This document shows positions 9,460 through 20,192 of a DNA stretch of 64,000 nt, in pieces. Position numbers and translations under genes: made by a program. The notes beneath the pieces were generated by a model. The model searched no databases. It was not told the origin of the DNA and saw only the letters and a program-made list of their open reading frames with translations. The stretch comes from Spirochaetia bacterium (GTDB lineage: Bacteria; Spirochaetota; Spirochaetia; SZUA-6; Bin103), in assembly GCA_965203515.1 (NCBI GenBank), contig OZ241907.1:864001-928000 (forward strand), in the 5' to 3' direction. How positions within the stretch are numbered: position 1 is the first letter of the stretch; every line of letters starts with the position of its first letter.

Positions 9460-11198
9460 CGGTTGAAGACTTTCTGCGATCGATCCGGAGCTTCCATGAA
9501 GACTTCGGAGAGGTTAAGACACGTGAGGATCGTTTGCTTACCGCACTCGCCCGGTTCGAGAATACCCTTACTGGATTCGCCGACACGAGGGTGCCGGTGG
9601 CGCGAGCGGAGTTCGCTAAACTTACTGATACGCTACGGTCAGGAATTGTCCGTAGCGTGAGGAAGTGGACCGCCGGGCGCCAAGCCAGCGCGCCGGTCAG
9701 GAAGCTGTCGAAGCGGTTTCAGGACCGGCCGATCATCTTCGTGTTTGGGAAGGTAAACTCCGGCAAGAGCACCTTCATGAACTTCCTGGTTGACGAGCTG
9801 GAGCGCGTCGGCGCCGAAACGAAGGGGTTCGTCGTGACCGATGGCGGGGTCAAGAGTGCGACTGCTCGGTTCGAAACCGGCGTTACCGAAACGACGAACC
9901 GGATACAGGGGGTGGAGATCGACCGATGCCTTGCCTTGATCGACTCTCCGGGGCTGCACTCGGTTACCGATGCAAACGAGGAGCTGACGAAACGCTACAC
10001 CGACAGTACGGATGCGATACTCTGGTTATCTCCTTCCACATCGCCGGGACAGGTGCAGGAGCTGAATGATCTCAATGCCGAACTGGAGAGGAAGAAACCC
10101 CTTCAGCCGGTCATTACCAAGAGTGACAGGATTATCGAGACATGGTGCGACGACACGCAGGAACTCCGTCGCGAGCGGCGGAACAAGCCTGCATGTGACC
10201 GTAAGGCTCAGGAGGCCGACGTTCGCGAGCGTGTTCGGCAGCTTGGTTTGGCAAGGAAGATGGAGATGGAGATGGAGATCAGACCGGTCGTTTCCATCTC
10301 GACCATGGCGTACTCGGAATCGAACCGATCTGACGCGGACTGGGAGGAGGCGGGCCTGGGCACGCTCTTCGAGCGCCTGACCAAGATAGTCGATGACGCC
10401 AGGCGATACAAGGTCGAAGAGAAGGCGTCACAAGTCGTTCGGAACTACATCGACAACGAAGTGCTCGGAGAGCTCAACTGCTCGGTCGTCCCCAGGATCA
10501 AGGAGCTGACGGACGAATCCGAGCGTCGCATCGCTAGCCTGGAGCGTTCGAAGCCAGGTCTCGTGGCGGAGGTCAAGGCAAGCGCCATGGCAGCGCTCGA
10601 ACGCATCGTCGACGATCATCGCGGCGACCAGGACGTCGGTGCCATATCCCGCAAATTCGACACGGCAATCAACGACGGGATTGCCGCTGTGGCGAAACGT
10701 GAACTAAACGAATACGTGAGAGACTTAGCGGCGATACTCGTGTCTGTGAAGAACTTGGTGTCGGTATCGTCGGACGAGCTTGGCACGTTCGATGAAGTTT
10801 ATGAGGAAGTTGAACAGATCAAGGGCCGGGCGGCGCAGAGCATCTCCGCATCGGTCGGCAGTATAGGCAGCGCCGTGGCCGCAGGAGCTATCGTCGGTTC
10901 GGTGTTTCCTGGCGTGGGGACCGCTATTGGAGCATTGATTGCCGGTAGTGCCAGCATTCTAGGCATGATAGGCGGCAATGCCGTAGGAAGTCTTTTCGTC
11001 GAGACGGAGAAAATGTCGGTACGAGTCGGTATTTCTACAGCGTCGCTAATGGAGAAGGCGGAGAGGAGAGCGAAACCAGTGATCAAGAGAAAAGTGGACA
11101 AGCTGGTTGAATCGGTGGTTGATCTATACCGATCGACGAAGCGGTTCGCTGTTGCGGTGTCTTCGGAGATCGAAAAGTTCAAGGGAGAGATCACATGA
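9456..11198 (+). CDS. Dynamin-family GTPase with Gly-rich membrane hairpin
   Basis: GKVNSGKS, TETT, DSPG, TKSD; GAIVGSVFPGVGTAIGALIAG segment. Confidence 0.85.
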   Translation: MTVEDFLRSIRSFHEDFGEVKTREDRLLTALARFENTLTGFADTRVPVARAEFAKLTDTLRSGIVRSVRKWTAGRQASAPVRKLSKRFQDRPIIFVFGKVNSGKSTFMNFLVDELERVGAETKGFVVTDGGVKSATARFETGVTETTNRIQGVEIDRCLALIDSPGLHSVTDANEELTKRYTDSTDAILWLSPSTSPGQVQELNDLNAELERKKPLQPVITKSDRIIETWCDDTQELRRERRNKPACDRKAQEADVRERVRQLGLARKMEMEMEIRPVVSISTMAYSESNRSDADWEEAGLGTLFERLTKIVDDARRYKVEEKASQVVRNYIDNEVLGELNCSVVPRIKELTDESERRIASLERSKPGLVAEVKASAMAALERIVDDHRGDQDVGAISRKFDTAINDGIAAVAKRELNEYVRDLAAILVSVKNLVSVSSDELGTFDEVYEEVEQIKGRAAQSISASVGSIGSAVAAGAIVGSVFPGVGTAIGALIAGSASILGMIGGNAVGSLFVETEKMSVRVGISTASLMEKAERRAKPVIKRKVDKLVESVVDLYRSTKRFAVAVSSEIEKFKGEIT

Positions 11199-12784
11199 GG
11201 AACCCGTACAACGACGTTAGAGCCAATCTACGGAGCTCCGAGCGCTTGGTAGCCCAACATTCTGACCCGACGAAAGTGAAATCTGCGAAGCAGGAGATAC
11301 TACGGCGGATCGACGACCACACGTTGCACATCCTCGTGTACGGTGCGTACAACTCCGGCAAGAGCACCCTCGTCAATGCGTTGCTCGGTGAGGCACGCGC
11401 GCGTGTCGGCGACGTTCCGACCACGGACCGCATAGACTCCTACGACTGGGAAGGGTACCGGCTGCTCGACACGCCCGGCGTCAACGCGCCGATCGATCAT
11501 GAAAAGACCACCGCAGCGCAGTTGAAGCGGACCAATGCGGTCGTGCTGGTGATCCGCGAAGGCGATCAAGACGCGCGAGACGTGTACGACCGGCTGTTCG
11601 AGATGATGAGAGACAAGAAAACCGTATTCGTCGTGGTGAATCACCAGCTCGGGAACGCTGAAGAAATTGCTGCCTTGATCAGCAGAATCGCCGACATATT
11701 GGAACGGTCTGGCGGAGAACATGGTATCGACGTGCAGTCGTTGCGTACCATCCCCATCTTCCCGGTGAATCTCTACACGGCGTGGAACGGACGTTCGCGG
11801 AATCAGGACAAGCTCACCGAGCATTCCGGATTTGGTCGCTTCCTGGATGCGTTCTACGATTGGACCAGAAGCCTCGACGATGAGACCCATCATCTGTCGG
11901 AAGTAAAGGACATGGTCATACGCCTCTGGTACGCGCCGGCCTCGGGTGAGTGCGCGAGGCGTCGGGAGACTCCGAATGGCGAAGAGTTGGCGCAGTGGCG
12001 GGAGAAGGAACGAGAGTTTGCCGCACGGAAGAACCAGCTATACGGGGAAGCATCGCGCCGGACCGAGCGTGCGATCGATCGAGTCAAGCCCAAAATCTTC
12101 AACCTGCTGCGCGAGTTGCCGAGCGACACGGATTTCCACTCCCGGCTACCAGGTATTATCGGACCGGTCGTGCACGAGATGGAACGGTGGCTGAATGACG
12201 AGTTCGGAATCGACAGCACCGTGTCTGCGACGGCAAACACGAGTTTCGCAGGGACCACCAGAGATGTGGTAGACGCACCAGGGACGAGCGTGGATTTGGA
12301 ACCGATGAAGGAGGTCGTACAGTCGGCCTTGGAAAAAGCGGCAGATCCGAAGGTCGTGAAGGATATCTTGCTCAAACTCCGCCCCACCGACATAGGTAAG
12401 ATACTTGGACTGAAAGGAAGGTGGCACACTACGCTTGGCAGGTATGCCGGGACGATCTCAAAGGTTGCAGGCGCGGCTACATGGGTACTGAATGTCGGCA
12501 TGACGATTTGGGACGCCAAGCGTGCTCGTGACAAACAGGAGGAGCAGAATCGCCAGAGGCTCGAAGCCGTCACCGGGTTACATCAGGCGGCGGACTCTCT
12601 TTGCGGCGACCTGAAGCGCCAACTATTGAGCGATGTAGACGGGATCATCGATCAAGTGATGGATGCTTGGATCAGCGCCGTGCGCAAGAAGATCGAGGAG
12701 CTTCGTCGAGGCGCCAACGAACAGGAAGAGCGTTGCCAGCGGCTCGCGGACTATCAGGCTCAGTTGGAGAAGATTCGCTTCTGA
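11195..12784 (+). CDS. Dynamin-like GTPase (LeoA-like)
   Basis: GAYNSGKS, VPTT, DTPG; amphipathic C-terminal segment ending IWD followed by coiled coil; ATGA coupling. Confidence 0.85.
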   Translation: MRNPYNDVRANLRSSERLVAQHSDPTKVKSAKQEILRRIDDHTLHILVYGAYNSGKSTLVNALLGEARARVGDVPTTDRIDSYDWEGYRLLDTPGVNAPIDHEKTTAAQLKRTNAVVLVIREGDQDARDVYDRLFEMMRDKKTVFVVVNHQLGNAEEIAALISRIADILERSGGEHGIDVQSLRTIPIFPVNLYTAWNGRSRNQDKLTEHSGFGRFLDAFYDWTRSLDDETHHLSEVKDMVIRLWYAPASGECARRRETPNGEELAQWREKEREFAARKNQLYGEASRRTERAIDRVKPKIFNLLRELPSDTDFHSRLPGIIGPVVHEMERWLNDEFGIDSTVSATANTSFAGTTRDVVDAPGTSVDLEPMKEVVQSALEKAADPKVVKDILLKLRPTDIGKILGLKGRWHTTLGRYAGTISKVAGAATWVLNVGMTIWDAKRARDKQEEQNRQRLEAVTGLHQAADSLCGDLKRQLLSDVDGIIDQVMDAWISAVRKKIEELRRGANEQEERCQRLADYQAQLEKIRF

Positions 12785-12961
12785 TCTCATGCGCCCGCCC
12801 TCGGGGGAGAGCGGGAGGGTCGTAGTGCGGTCGGTGCGCAGGTTCCGGCGGCGGAGCTTCAGCGCTGGACCGCACCTGGAGACCCTGCCGGATCTCGAAG
12901 CGAGTAGACTGAGCCCGCCGGAGTGGCCGCCGGGGGCAGATGATATGATCTTCCTCTCATC

Positions 12962-13936
12962 ATGCACGACCCCGGCTACAAGCGGTTGTTCTCGCAGCCT
13001 CGCATGGTTCAGGACCTGCTGCGCGGCTTCGCCGCCCGCGATTGGAGCGATGCGCTCGATTTCTCGACCCTCACCCCGGTGCCGGCCAGCTTCGTCAGCG
13101 ACCGCCTGCGGGAGCGCCACGGCGATCTGGTGTGGCGGGTCGGATTCCGCGATGAATGGCTGTACCTGCTGGTGCTGCTGGAGTTCCAGTCGACCGTCGA
13201 GCCGGCCATGGCGGTGCGGGTGCTGACCTACACCGGTCTGCTGTACGAGAAGCTGATCGACGATGGCGCGCTGCGCCGCCACGGCAAGCTGCCGCCGGTG
13301 CTGCCGATCGTGATCTACAACGGCAGCCAGCCGTGGACGGCGTCTGAGGACGTGGCGGAGCTGATCGCGTTCGGCGGGGAGGCGCTGGCGCGGTATCAGC
13401 CGTCGCTACGCTACTATCTGCTTGACCAGGGGCGGCTGGGAGCGGACGATCTGCCCGGTCGCAACCTGGTATCGGCTCTGATCGCGCTGGAGACCAATCG
13501 CGCGAGTGAGCGGGTGCCGGAGTTGCTGGCAGCGCTGTTCGAGCGGCTGCGGGAGTTGAGGAACCCGGAGTTGACGCAAGTGTTCCGGGAATGGGTGGAG
13601 CAGGTGCTGGTGCCGCGGAGGATGCGGGGCACGGAGTTGGAGCCGTTGCCGGGATTGGAGGAGGTACGGACGATGTTGCAGGAGCTGGTAGCCGAGTGGG
13701 TCGCGGAAGGCCGCGAGCGAGGCCTGCAGGAAGGCATCGAGCAGGGCCGCGGCGAAGAACGAAAGCTGCTGTGCCGGCTGGCGGCGCGGAAGTTTACGGC
13801 GGAAACGGCGCCGCGGATGTCCGCCCTGCTGGAGCGTCTGCGCGATCCGGAGCGCTTGGCAGAGGTCGGCGACTGGATCATCGAGTGCGAGACGGAGGAG
13901 GAGCTGCTAGCCCGCGTGCAGGGCGCGATTCCATAA
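12962..13936 (+). CDS. Rpn family recombination-promoting nuclease/putative transposase (YhgA-like)
   Basis: [49 protein letters not shown]. Confidence 0.9.
   Translation: MHDPGYKRLFSQPRMVQDLLRGFAARDWSDALDFSTLTPVPASFVSDRLRERHGDLVWRVGFRDEWLYLLVLLEFQSTVEPAMAVRVLTYTGLLYEKLIDDGALRRHGKLPPVLPIVIYNGSQPWTASEDVAELIAFGGEALARYQPSLRYYLLDQGRLGADDLPGRNLVSALIALETNRASERVPELLAALFERLRELRNPELTQVFREWVEQVLVPRRMRGTELEPLPGLEEVRTMLQELVAEWVAEGRERGLQEGIEQGRGEERKLLCRLAARKFTAETAPRMSALLERLRDPERLAEVGDWIIECETEEELLARVQGAIP
13673..13936 (+). CDS. Predicted in-frame internal small protein (RpnS-type antitoxin)
   Basis: GGAGGAGG 8 nt upstream of in-frame ATG 13673. Confidence 0.5.
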   Translation: MLQELVAEWVAEGRERGLQEGIEQGRGEERKLLCRLAARKFTAETAPRMSALLERLRDPERLAEVGDWIIECETEEELLARVQGAIP

Positions 13937-13983
13937 CCCCGCACCGATCGCGGCGTAAGGGGAGCGACACCGGAGATGACCCG

Positions 13984-15474
<1,491 letters not shown>

Positions 15475-15484
15475 GGGTCTGAGC

Positions 15485-16594
15485 ATGGGCGAGCGCATCG
15501 CCGTCGGCGTCATCGGAGCGGCCGGGCGGGGCGGCGGCCTGCTGCGCGTCCGGGAGGGGCTCGACGTGCACGTGCGGGCCGTATGCGACGTGCGCGCGGA
15601 GCCGCTCGCCGCCGCCAAGCGGGAGCTGGGCGCGGAGGAGTCGTTCGCCGACTACCGCGACATGCTCGCCTCGGTGCGGCTGGACGCCGTGATCGTGGGC
15701 ACGCCGATGCCGTTTCACGCCGAGCAGGCGATCGCGGCGCTGGAATGCGGGGTGAGCGTGGTCTCCGAGGTGCCGGCCGCCGTGTCGATCGACGAGTGCC
15801 GGCGCCTGGTGGCCGCGCGCCGCGCCAGCGCCGCCACCTACGTGCTGGCGGAGAACTACATCTCGATGCGGCAGAACCAGATCGTCAAGGAGATCGTCGC
15901 CGCCGGCCTGTTCGGCACCGTCTACTTCGGGGACGGCGAGTACCTGCACGAGCTGCGCGGCGCGCCGCAGAGCAACCCGACCCCGTGGCGCCGGCGCTGG
16001 CAGCAGGGGATCAACGGCATCACCTACGGCACCCACAGCCTCGGTCCGCTGCTGAGCTGGATGCCCGGCGACCGCGTGGCGCGCGTGGCGTGCGCGGGGA
16101 CCGGCCGCCACTACCGCGATCACCAGGGCCGGCGGTACGAAGCGGAGGACTCCTCCGTCATGCTGGGGCAGATGCGCTCCGGCGGGCTGGTCAAGGTGCG
16201 GACGGACATGCTGTCCGACCGCCCGCATGCCACGCGCAACTACCAGTTGCAGGGCACCGACGGCTGCTACGAGTCGGCGCGGGCGGCCGGCGAGCGGGAC
16301 CGCATCTGGGTGCGGGCGCGCTCGTCCGGGACCGAGTGGCGCGACCTGGAGGAGCTGGCCGACGAGTTCCTGCCGGAGCGCTGGCGCAGGTGGGAGGAAG
16401 CGGCGCAGGGCGCCGGCCACGGCGGCGGCGACCTGATTCAGATGCTCGACTTCGTGGAAGCGGTGCGCGACGGGACCGAGCCGGAGCTGGGCATCGACGC
16501 GGCGATGGACATGACCCTGCCGGGACTGGTGAGCCAGGCATCGATCGAGCAGGGCGGCGCGTGGCTGGAGGTTCCCGACTCGCGCGACTGGTAG
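15485..16594 (+). CDS. Gfo/Idh/MocA family oxidoreductase
   Basis: VGVIGAAGRG, SEVPAA, GHGGGD motifs. Confidence 0.85.
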   Translation: MGERIAVGVIGAAGRGGGLLRVREGLDVHVRAVCDVRAEPLAAAKRELGAEESFADYRDMLASVRLDAVIVGTPMPFHAEQAIAALECGVSVVSEVPAAVSIDECRRLVAARRASAATYVLAENYISMRQNQIVKEIVAAGLFGTVYFGDGEYLHELRGAPQSNPTPWRRRWQQGINGITYGTHSLGPLLSWMPGDRVARVACAGTGRHYRDHQGRRYEAEDSSVMLGQMRSGGLVKVRTDMLSDRPHATRNYQLQGTDGCYESARAAGERDRIWVRARSSGTEWRDLEELADEFLPERWRRWEEAAQGAGHGGGDLIQMLDFVEAVRDGTEPELGIDAAMDMTLPGLVSQASIEQGGAWLEVPDSRDW

Positions 16595-16645
16595 CGCCGG
16601 CAAGCGGCCCGGGCGGCCGATCAGGCGCGGAGGGTCTACTCCGAT

Positions 16646-17659
16646 TTGACCATTTCGACGGGTCTCTGCGGATCGACGGATGCCTGGACGCCGTACTGGC
16701 GGGCCGGCGAGGTCACGTCGCTGCCGGAGGTGTACGAAACCCCTGACTCCGGGCCGCTGGCGGAATTCTGGCGGCGCGAGCTGGCCGCGCTCGGCGGCCG
16801 GGCGCGCATCCTCGATCTGGGCTGCGGCAACGGGGCCGTGGCGCTGCTGGCCGCCGCGACCGCCGCGGCGCGAGGGGCGGAATGGGAGATTCACGGCGTC
16901 GACCGGGCGGCTATCGACCCGGTGCGGTCGCTGCCCGTTCGCTACCGGCCGGCCGCCGCGGCGGTGACGTTCCACCCCTGCACGTCGATGACCCGCACGC
17001 CGTTCGACGCCGGCTACTTCTGCCTTGTCGCCGGACAGTTCGCGGTCGAGTACGGCGACGCGCCATCGGTCGCTGACGAGGTGCGGCGGGTGCTGCGGCC
17101 CGGCGGCAGGACGGCGTTCGTGATCCATCTGCGGGAGTCCGCGGTGGTGGCGGGTGCCGCCGTCGAGGCGGCGCACCTGCGTGAAACGCGCGCGCTGTTC
17201 GACGCCGCGCGCGCCGTGGTGGCGGTCAGCGCCGGCGCCGCGCCGCCGCGCGCCCGGCTCACCGCCTGGAATGCGTTCGCGCGCGAGTTTCTGCGGCTCG
17301 AACGCTTGGCCGCCGCGTGCCCGGAACACCAGCGGCCGGCGGCCCCGTTGCGGGAGGTTCCGGCGGCGGTGCGCGACGCATTGGCCGCGGCCATGCCGGA
17401 GCCGGGCGATCCGGTCGATGCGGCCGGCGCGCGTGGTTGCCGGCAGACGCTGGCCGACCTCGACGCTGCGTTGCGGGCGCGCGCCGGTCGGCTGGCCGAG
17501 CTGCTGGCGGCGGCGCCCGACCGCGCCGGCCTGGAGCGCCTGCTCCGGGAGACGGAAAGCCGCGGCCTGTCAGTCGTCGCCCGCGCCGACCTGCATGACC
17601 CGAGCGGCCCGCTCCTGGCCCACGCCGTGACCCTCCGCCGGCCGCGTCACCCGGAGTAG
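16646..17659 (+). CDS. Class I SAM-dependent methyltransferase (start uncertain)
   Basis: ILDLGCGNG, RRVLRPGG. Confidence 0.75.
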   Translation: MTISTGLCGSTDAWTPYWRAGEVTSLPEVYETPDSGPLAEFWRRELAALGGRARILDLGCGNGAVALLAAATAAARGAEWEIHGVDRAAIDPVRSLPVRYRPAAAAVTFHPCTSMTRTPFDAGYFCLVAGQFAVEYGDAPSVADEVRRVLRPGGRTAFVIHLRESAVVAGAAVEAAHLRETRALFDAARAVVAVSAGAAPPRARLTAWNAFAREFLRLERLAAACPEHQRPAAPLREVPAAVRDALAAAMPEPGDPVDAAGARGCRQTLADLDAALRARAGRLAELLAAAPDRAGLERLLRETESRGLSVVARADLHDPSGPLLAHAVTLRRPRHPE

Positions 17660-17674
17660 TCGGCGCAGCGCGGT

Positions 17675-18271
17675 TCAGCCGCCCGGGCCGGGCCGCAGCG
17701 CGCCGCGGCGGGCCACGTCCTCGGTCGGCTTGCGGTCGCTCGGGTACTCCCGTTCGCGCAGCTCTGCCGGCAGCGCGTCCGGCGGGCCGATGCGGCCGGC
17801 CACGAAGCCGCACATCACGGTGTAGAACCGGGCATCCACGCCGAGCTTCGCGTACGCGGCGTCGTGGTCGATCCCGGCCATGCCGTGGACGTGGATGCCG
17901 CGCGCGGTCGCCTGCAGGGCGAGCGACATCCAGGCAGCGCCGGCGTCGAACTGCGCGGTGCGCGGCCGCTTGCCGTCCGCGGTCCTGGTGTTGGCGAAGA
18001 TGAACCCGATGAGGGGCGCGCGCGCCGCCCAGGCGCGGTTGACCGGCAGCAGGATCGAATCGAACAGCGGCCGGTCCGGGCCGTCGGTCTCATACAGGAA
18101 CAGCCAGGGTTGCCGGTTGAAGGAGGAGGGCGCCCAGCGCGCGGCTTCGAACAGCGCGGCGACCTCGCCATCGGTCAACGGTTCGGCCAGGAATGAGCGG
18201 GGTGACCAGCGGTCGACGAACAGCGGCTCGACGTCAGCGGCAGCGATGCGGGGGTTGGGTCGGTGATCCAT
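17675..18271 (-). CDS. Nitroreductase family protein
   Basis: RWSPRSF, AARWAPSSFNRQPW, FDAGAAW. Confidence 0.9.
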   Translation of the reverse strand: MDHRPNPRIAAADVEPLFVDRWSPRSFLAEPLTDGEVAALFEAARWAPSSFNRQPWLFLYETDGPDRPLFDSILLPVNRAWAARAPLIGFIFANTRTADGKRPRTAQFDAGAAWMSLALQATARGIHVHGMAGIDHDAAYAKLGVDARFYTVMCGFVAGRIGPPDALPAELREREYPSDRKPTEDVARRGALRPGPGG

Positions 18272-18318
18272 CGCGGTTCTCCCCAAATGTACCGCCCGGA
18301 TCGCGGCCGCGGCCAGCG

Positions 18319-19371
18319 TCAATCCAGGACGACCTCCCGGCCGGTCGACGCCGAGCGGTAGATCGCGTCCAGGACGCCCTGCACGCTGAGCGCCTGATCG
18401 AGCGTCACGCAGAGCTCCTCCCGCCCCAGGATGACGTTGACGAAGTGCTGCATGCGGTCGGCGTGCGGGTAGGCGAGGCGGCCGGCGTCCGGCGACTCGA
18501 TGAGGTGGTAGCCGTCGGCCTCCTGCCGGCAGAGCCGCTCGCCGTAGGTGTCGATCGACCCCTCGGTTCCGTACAACTCGACGTTCATCTCGCCGCCTCG
18601 GTCCAGGTGCATCGCCCACGCCGCATCGAGCGACACGGTCGCGCCGCCGTCGAGCTTGATGACCGCGGTGGCGAAGTCTTCGACGTCGAACGTGGCGTCC
18701 GCCTGCGCCGTCGACAGCCCCCAGCCGCCTTCGCCCAGGCCGCGATTGCCGAACTCCGTGCAGGTCGCCCCGGACACCGCGCGCGGGCGGAAGTCGTCGA
18801 GCAGGTAGAGGGCGTCGTCGAGCATGTGGACGCCGATGTCGAGCAGTGCGCCGCCGCCCGACAGCTCCTTGCGGGTGAACCAGCTGCCGATCCGGGGGAT
18901 GCCCGCGCGGCGCCTCCAGTACGCCTTGCAGTGGTAGGCGCGGCCGATCCGGCCGGCCTCCATGAGCTGTCGGGCGCGCTGGACCGGCGGCGCGAAGCGC
19001 TGGTTCATGCCGAGCATGAAGTGGGTCTCCGCCGCGCGCGCGGCGGCTGCCAGCGGCGCTGCGTCCTCCAGGCTCAGGGCCAGCGGCTTTTCCTGCAACA
19101 CGTGCTTGCCGGCCTGCAGCGCCAGGGTCGACAGCGGCGCATGCAGGTGGTTGGGCGTGGCGACGTAGACCGCGTCGACCTCATCGATGGCGAGCAGCCG
19201 CTCCGGCTCATCGACCACCTGCGTCACGGTCTCGTAGCGCAGCGCGAACTCCGCGGCCCGTTGCCGGTGCGGCTCGGCGACGGCGACGATCTCCGCTTCC
19301 GGGTGTTCGACGAACCCGCGGCAACTGCCCAGGGCGATGCCGCCGGCGCCGATGACTCCAATGCGAACCAT
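18319..19371 (-). CDS. Gfo/Idh/MocA family oxidoreductase
   Basis: IGVIGAGGI, HVLQEKP, GGGALLDIGVH. Confidence 0.9.
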   Translation of the reverse strand: MVRIGVIGAGGIALGSCRGFVEHPEAEIVAVAEPHRQRAAEFALRYETVTQVVDEPERLLAIDEVDAVYVATPNHLHAPLSTLALQAGKHVLQEKPLALSLEDAAPLAAAARAAETHFMLGMNQRFAPPVQRARQLMEAGRIGRAYHCKAYWRRRAGIPRIGSWFTRKELSGGGALLDIGVHMLDDALYLLDDFRPRAVSGATCTEFGNRGLGEGGWGLSTAQADATFDVEDFATAVIKLDGGATVSLDAAWAMHLDRGGEMNVELYGTEGSIDTYGERLCRQEADGYHLIESPDAGRLAYPHADRMQHFVNVILGREELCVTLDQALSVQGVLDAIYRSASTGREVVLD

Positions 19372-19450
19372 GCCGGGAAGGGTAGCGGTGACCGCCGGGC
19401 GCCGCCACCACCGCGGCCGCCGTGCGGCGGCGTGGCAGAATGGCCGGATC

Positions 19451-19936
19451 GTGTCCGCTCCGGGGCGTTTCTACGCGCGGCGCAACTCCTGGTACGCGCG
19501 GCTGCTGGTCCGTACGCCGGCGGGGTTCCTGCTCGTGGCGGTCGGCGTCGCCGTCGGCGCGTGGCTCGTCGCGACGCGGGTCGAGCTGACGCGGTACGTC
19601 GCGGTCCCGGTGGAGCGGCGCGATTCGGTGCTGGTCGGCTACGCGCGGCCGTCGTTGCTGCGGGCCGCCGGCGCCGGCCGGGAGGTCGTGTGGCGCGCCG
19701 GCGCCGGCGCGGTTGCGCGCGGCACGCTGGTCTCCTGGGAGGAGTCCGGCGATGGCGACCGCGTGCGGTTCCTGGTGAGCACGGAGGTCGAAGGCGGGGA
19801 AGCGGCCGGCGCGGCGCCCCGGTCGAGCGCAGACGATCGGGTGACGGTCGATCTGCCGGCCGGTACGGAGACGTTGTTCGACCGTATGAAAGGCCGGGCG
19901 CTGGGGAGGCGGCCGCCGGCGATTCGGGCGCCGTGA
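19451..19936 (+). CDS. Membrane-anchored hypothetical protein, possibly a minimal HlyD-like adaptor
   Basis: One TM segment; C-terminus VTVDLPAGTETLFDRM resembles HlyD tails; lies upstream of two ABC exporters. Confidence 0.4.
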   Translation: MSAPGRFYARRNSWYARLLVRTPAGFLLVAVGVAVGAWLVATRVELTRYVAVPVERRDSVLVGYARPSLLRAAGAGREVVWRAGAGAVARGTLVSWEESGDGDRVRFLVSTEVEGGEAAGAAPRSSADDRVTVDLPAGTETLFDRMKGRALGRRPPAIRAP

Positions 19937-20027
19937 GCCAACTGCCGGCAGACCCCGCACGCCGGCAGGGTTTCGACTCAGCGTTCGTCAGGAGTTGCCA
20001 GCCAGTCACCGCACCACTTGGTTGCTA

Positions 20028-20110
20028 CTGGGCGGTGCCGGCCGGGGTGAGTTCGGCCCGGCTTCATCCTCGGCGGTGGGCCAGCCGTTCCCGATCGACG
20101 GCGGCCTTCG
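20028..20110 (+). repeat. Collapsed copy of part of the troC-like gene (29052-29250)
   Basis: 20050-20103 matches 29149-29202 (52/54); 20037-20051 equals 29061-29075. Confidence 0.85.
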
Positions 20111-20157
20111 TGACCAGCTTCTGCCAAGACTTTCTCCAGGAACCGTGACCGGATCAC

Positions 20158-20186
20158 TTGACTCAAATGCTTTCCATGATTATACT
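20158..20186 (+). promoter_or_regulatory. Sigma70-type promoter TTGACT-N17-TATACT; probably leaderless HNH transcript
   Basis: Near-consensus hexamers with 17-bp spacing; ATG at 20193 with no RBS. Confidence 0.75.
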
Positions 20187-20192
20187 TATGAC

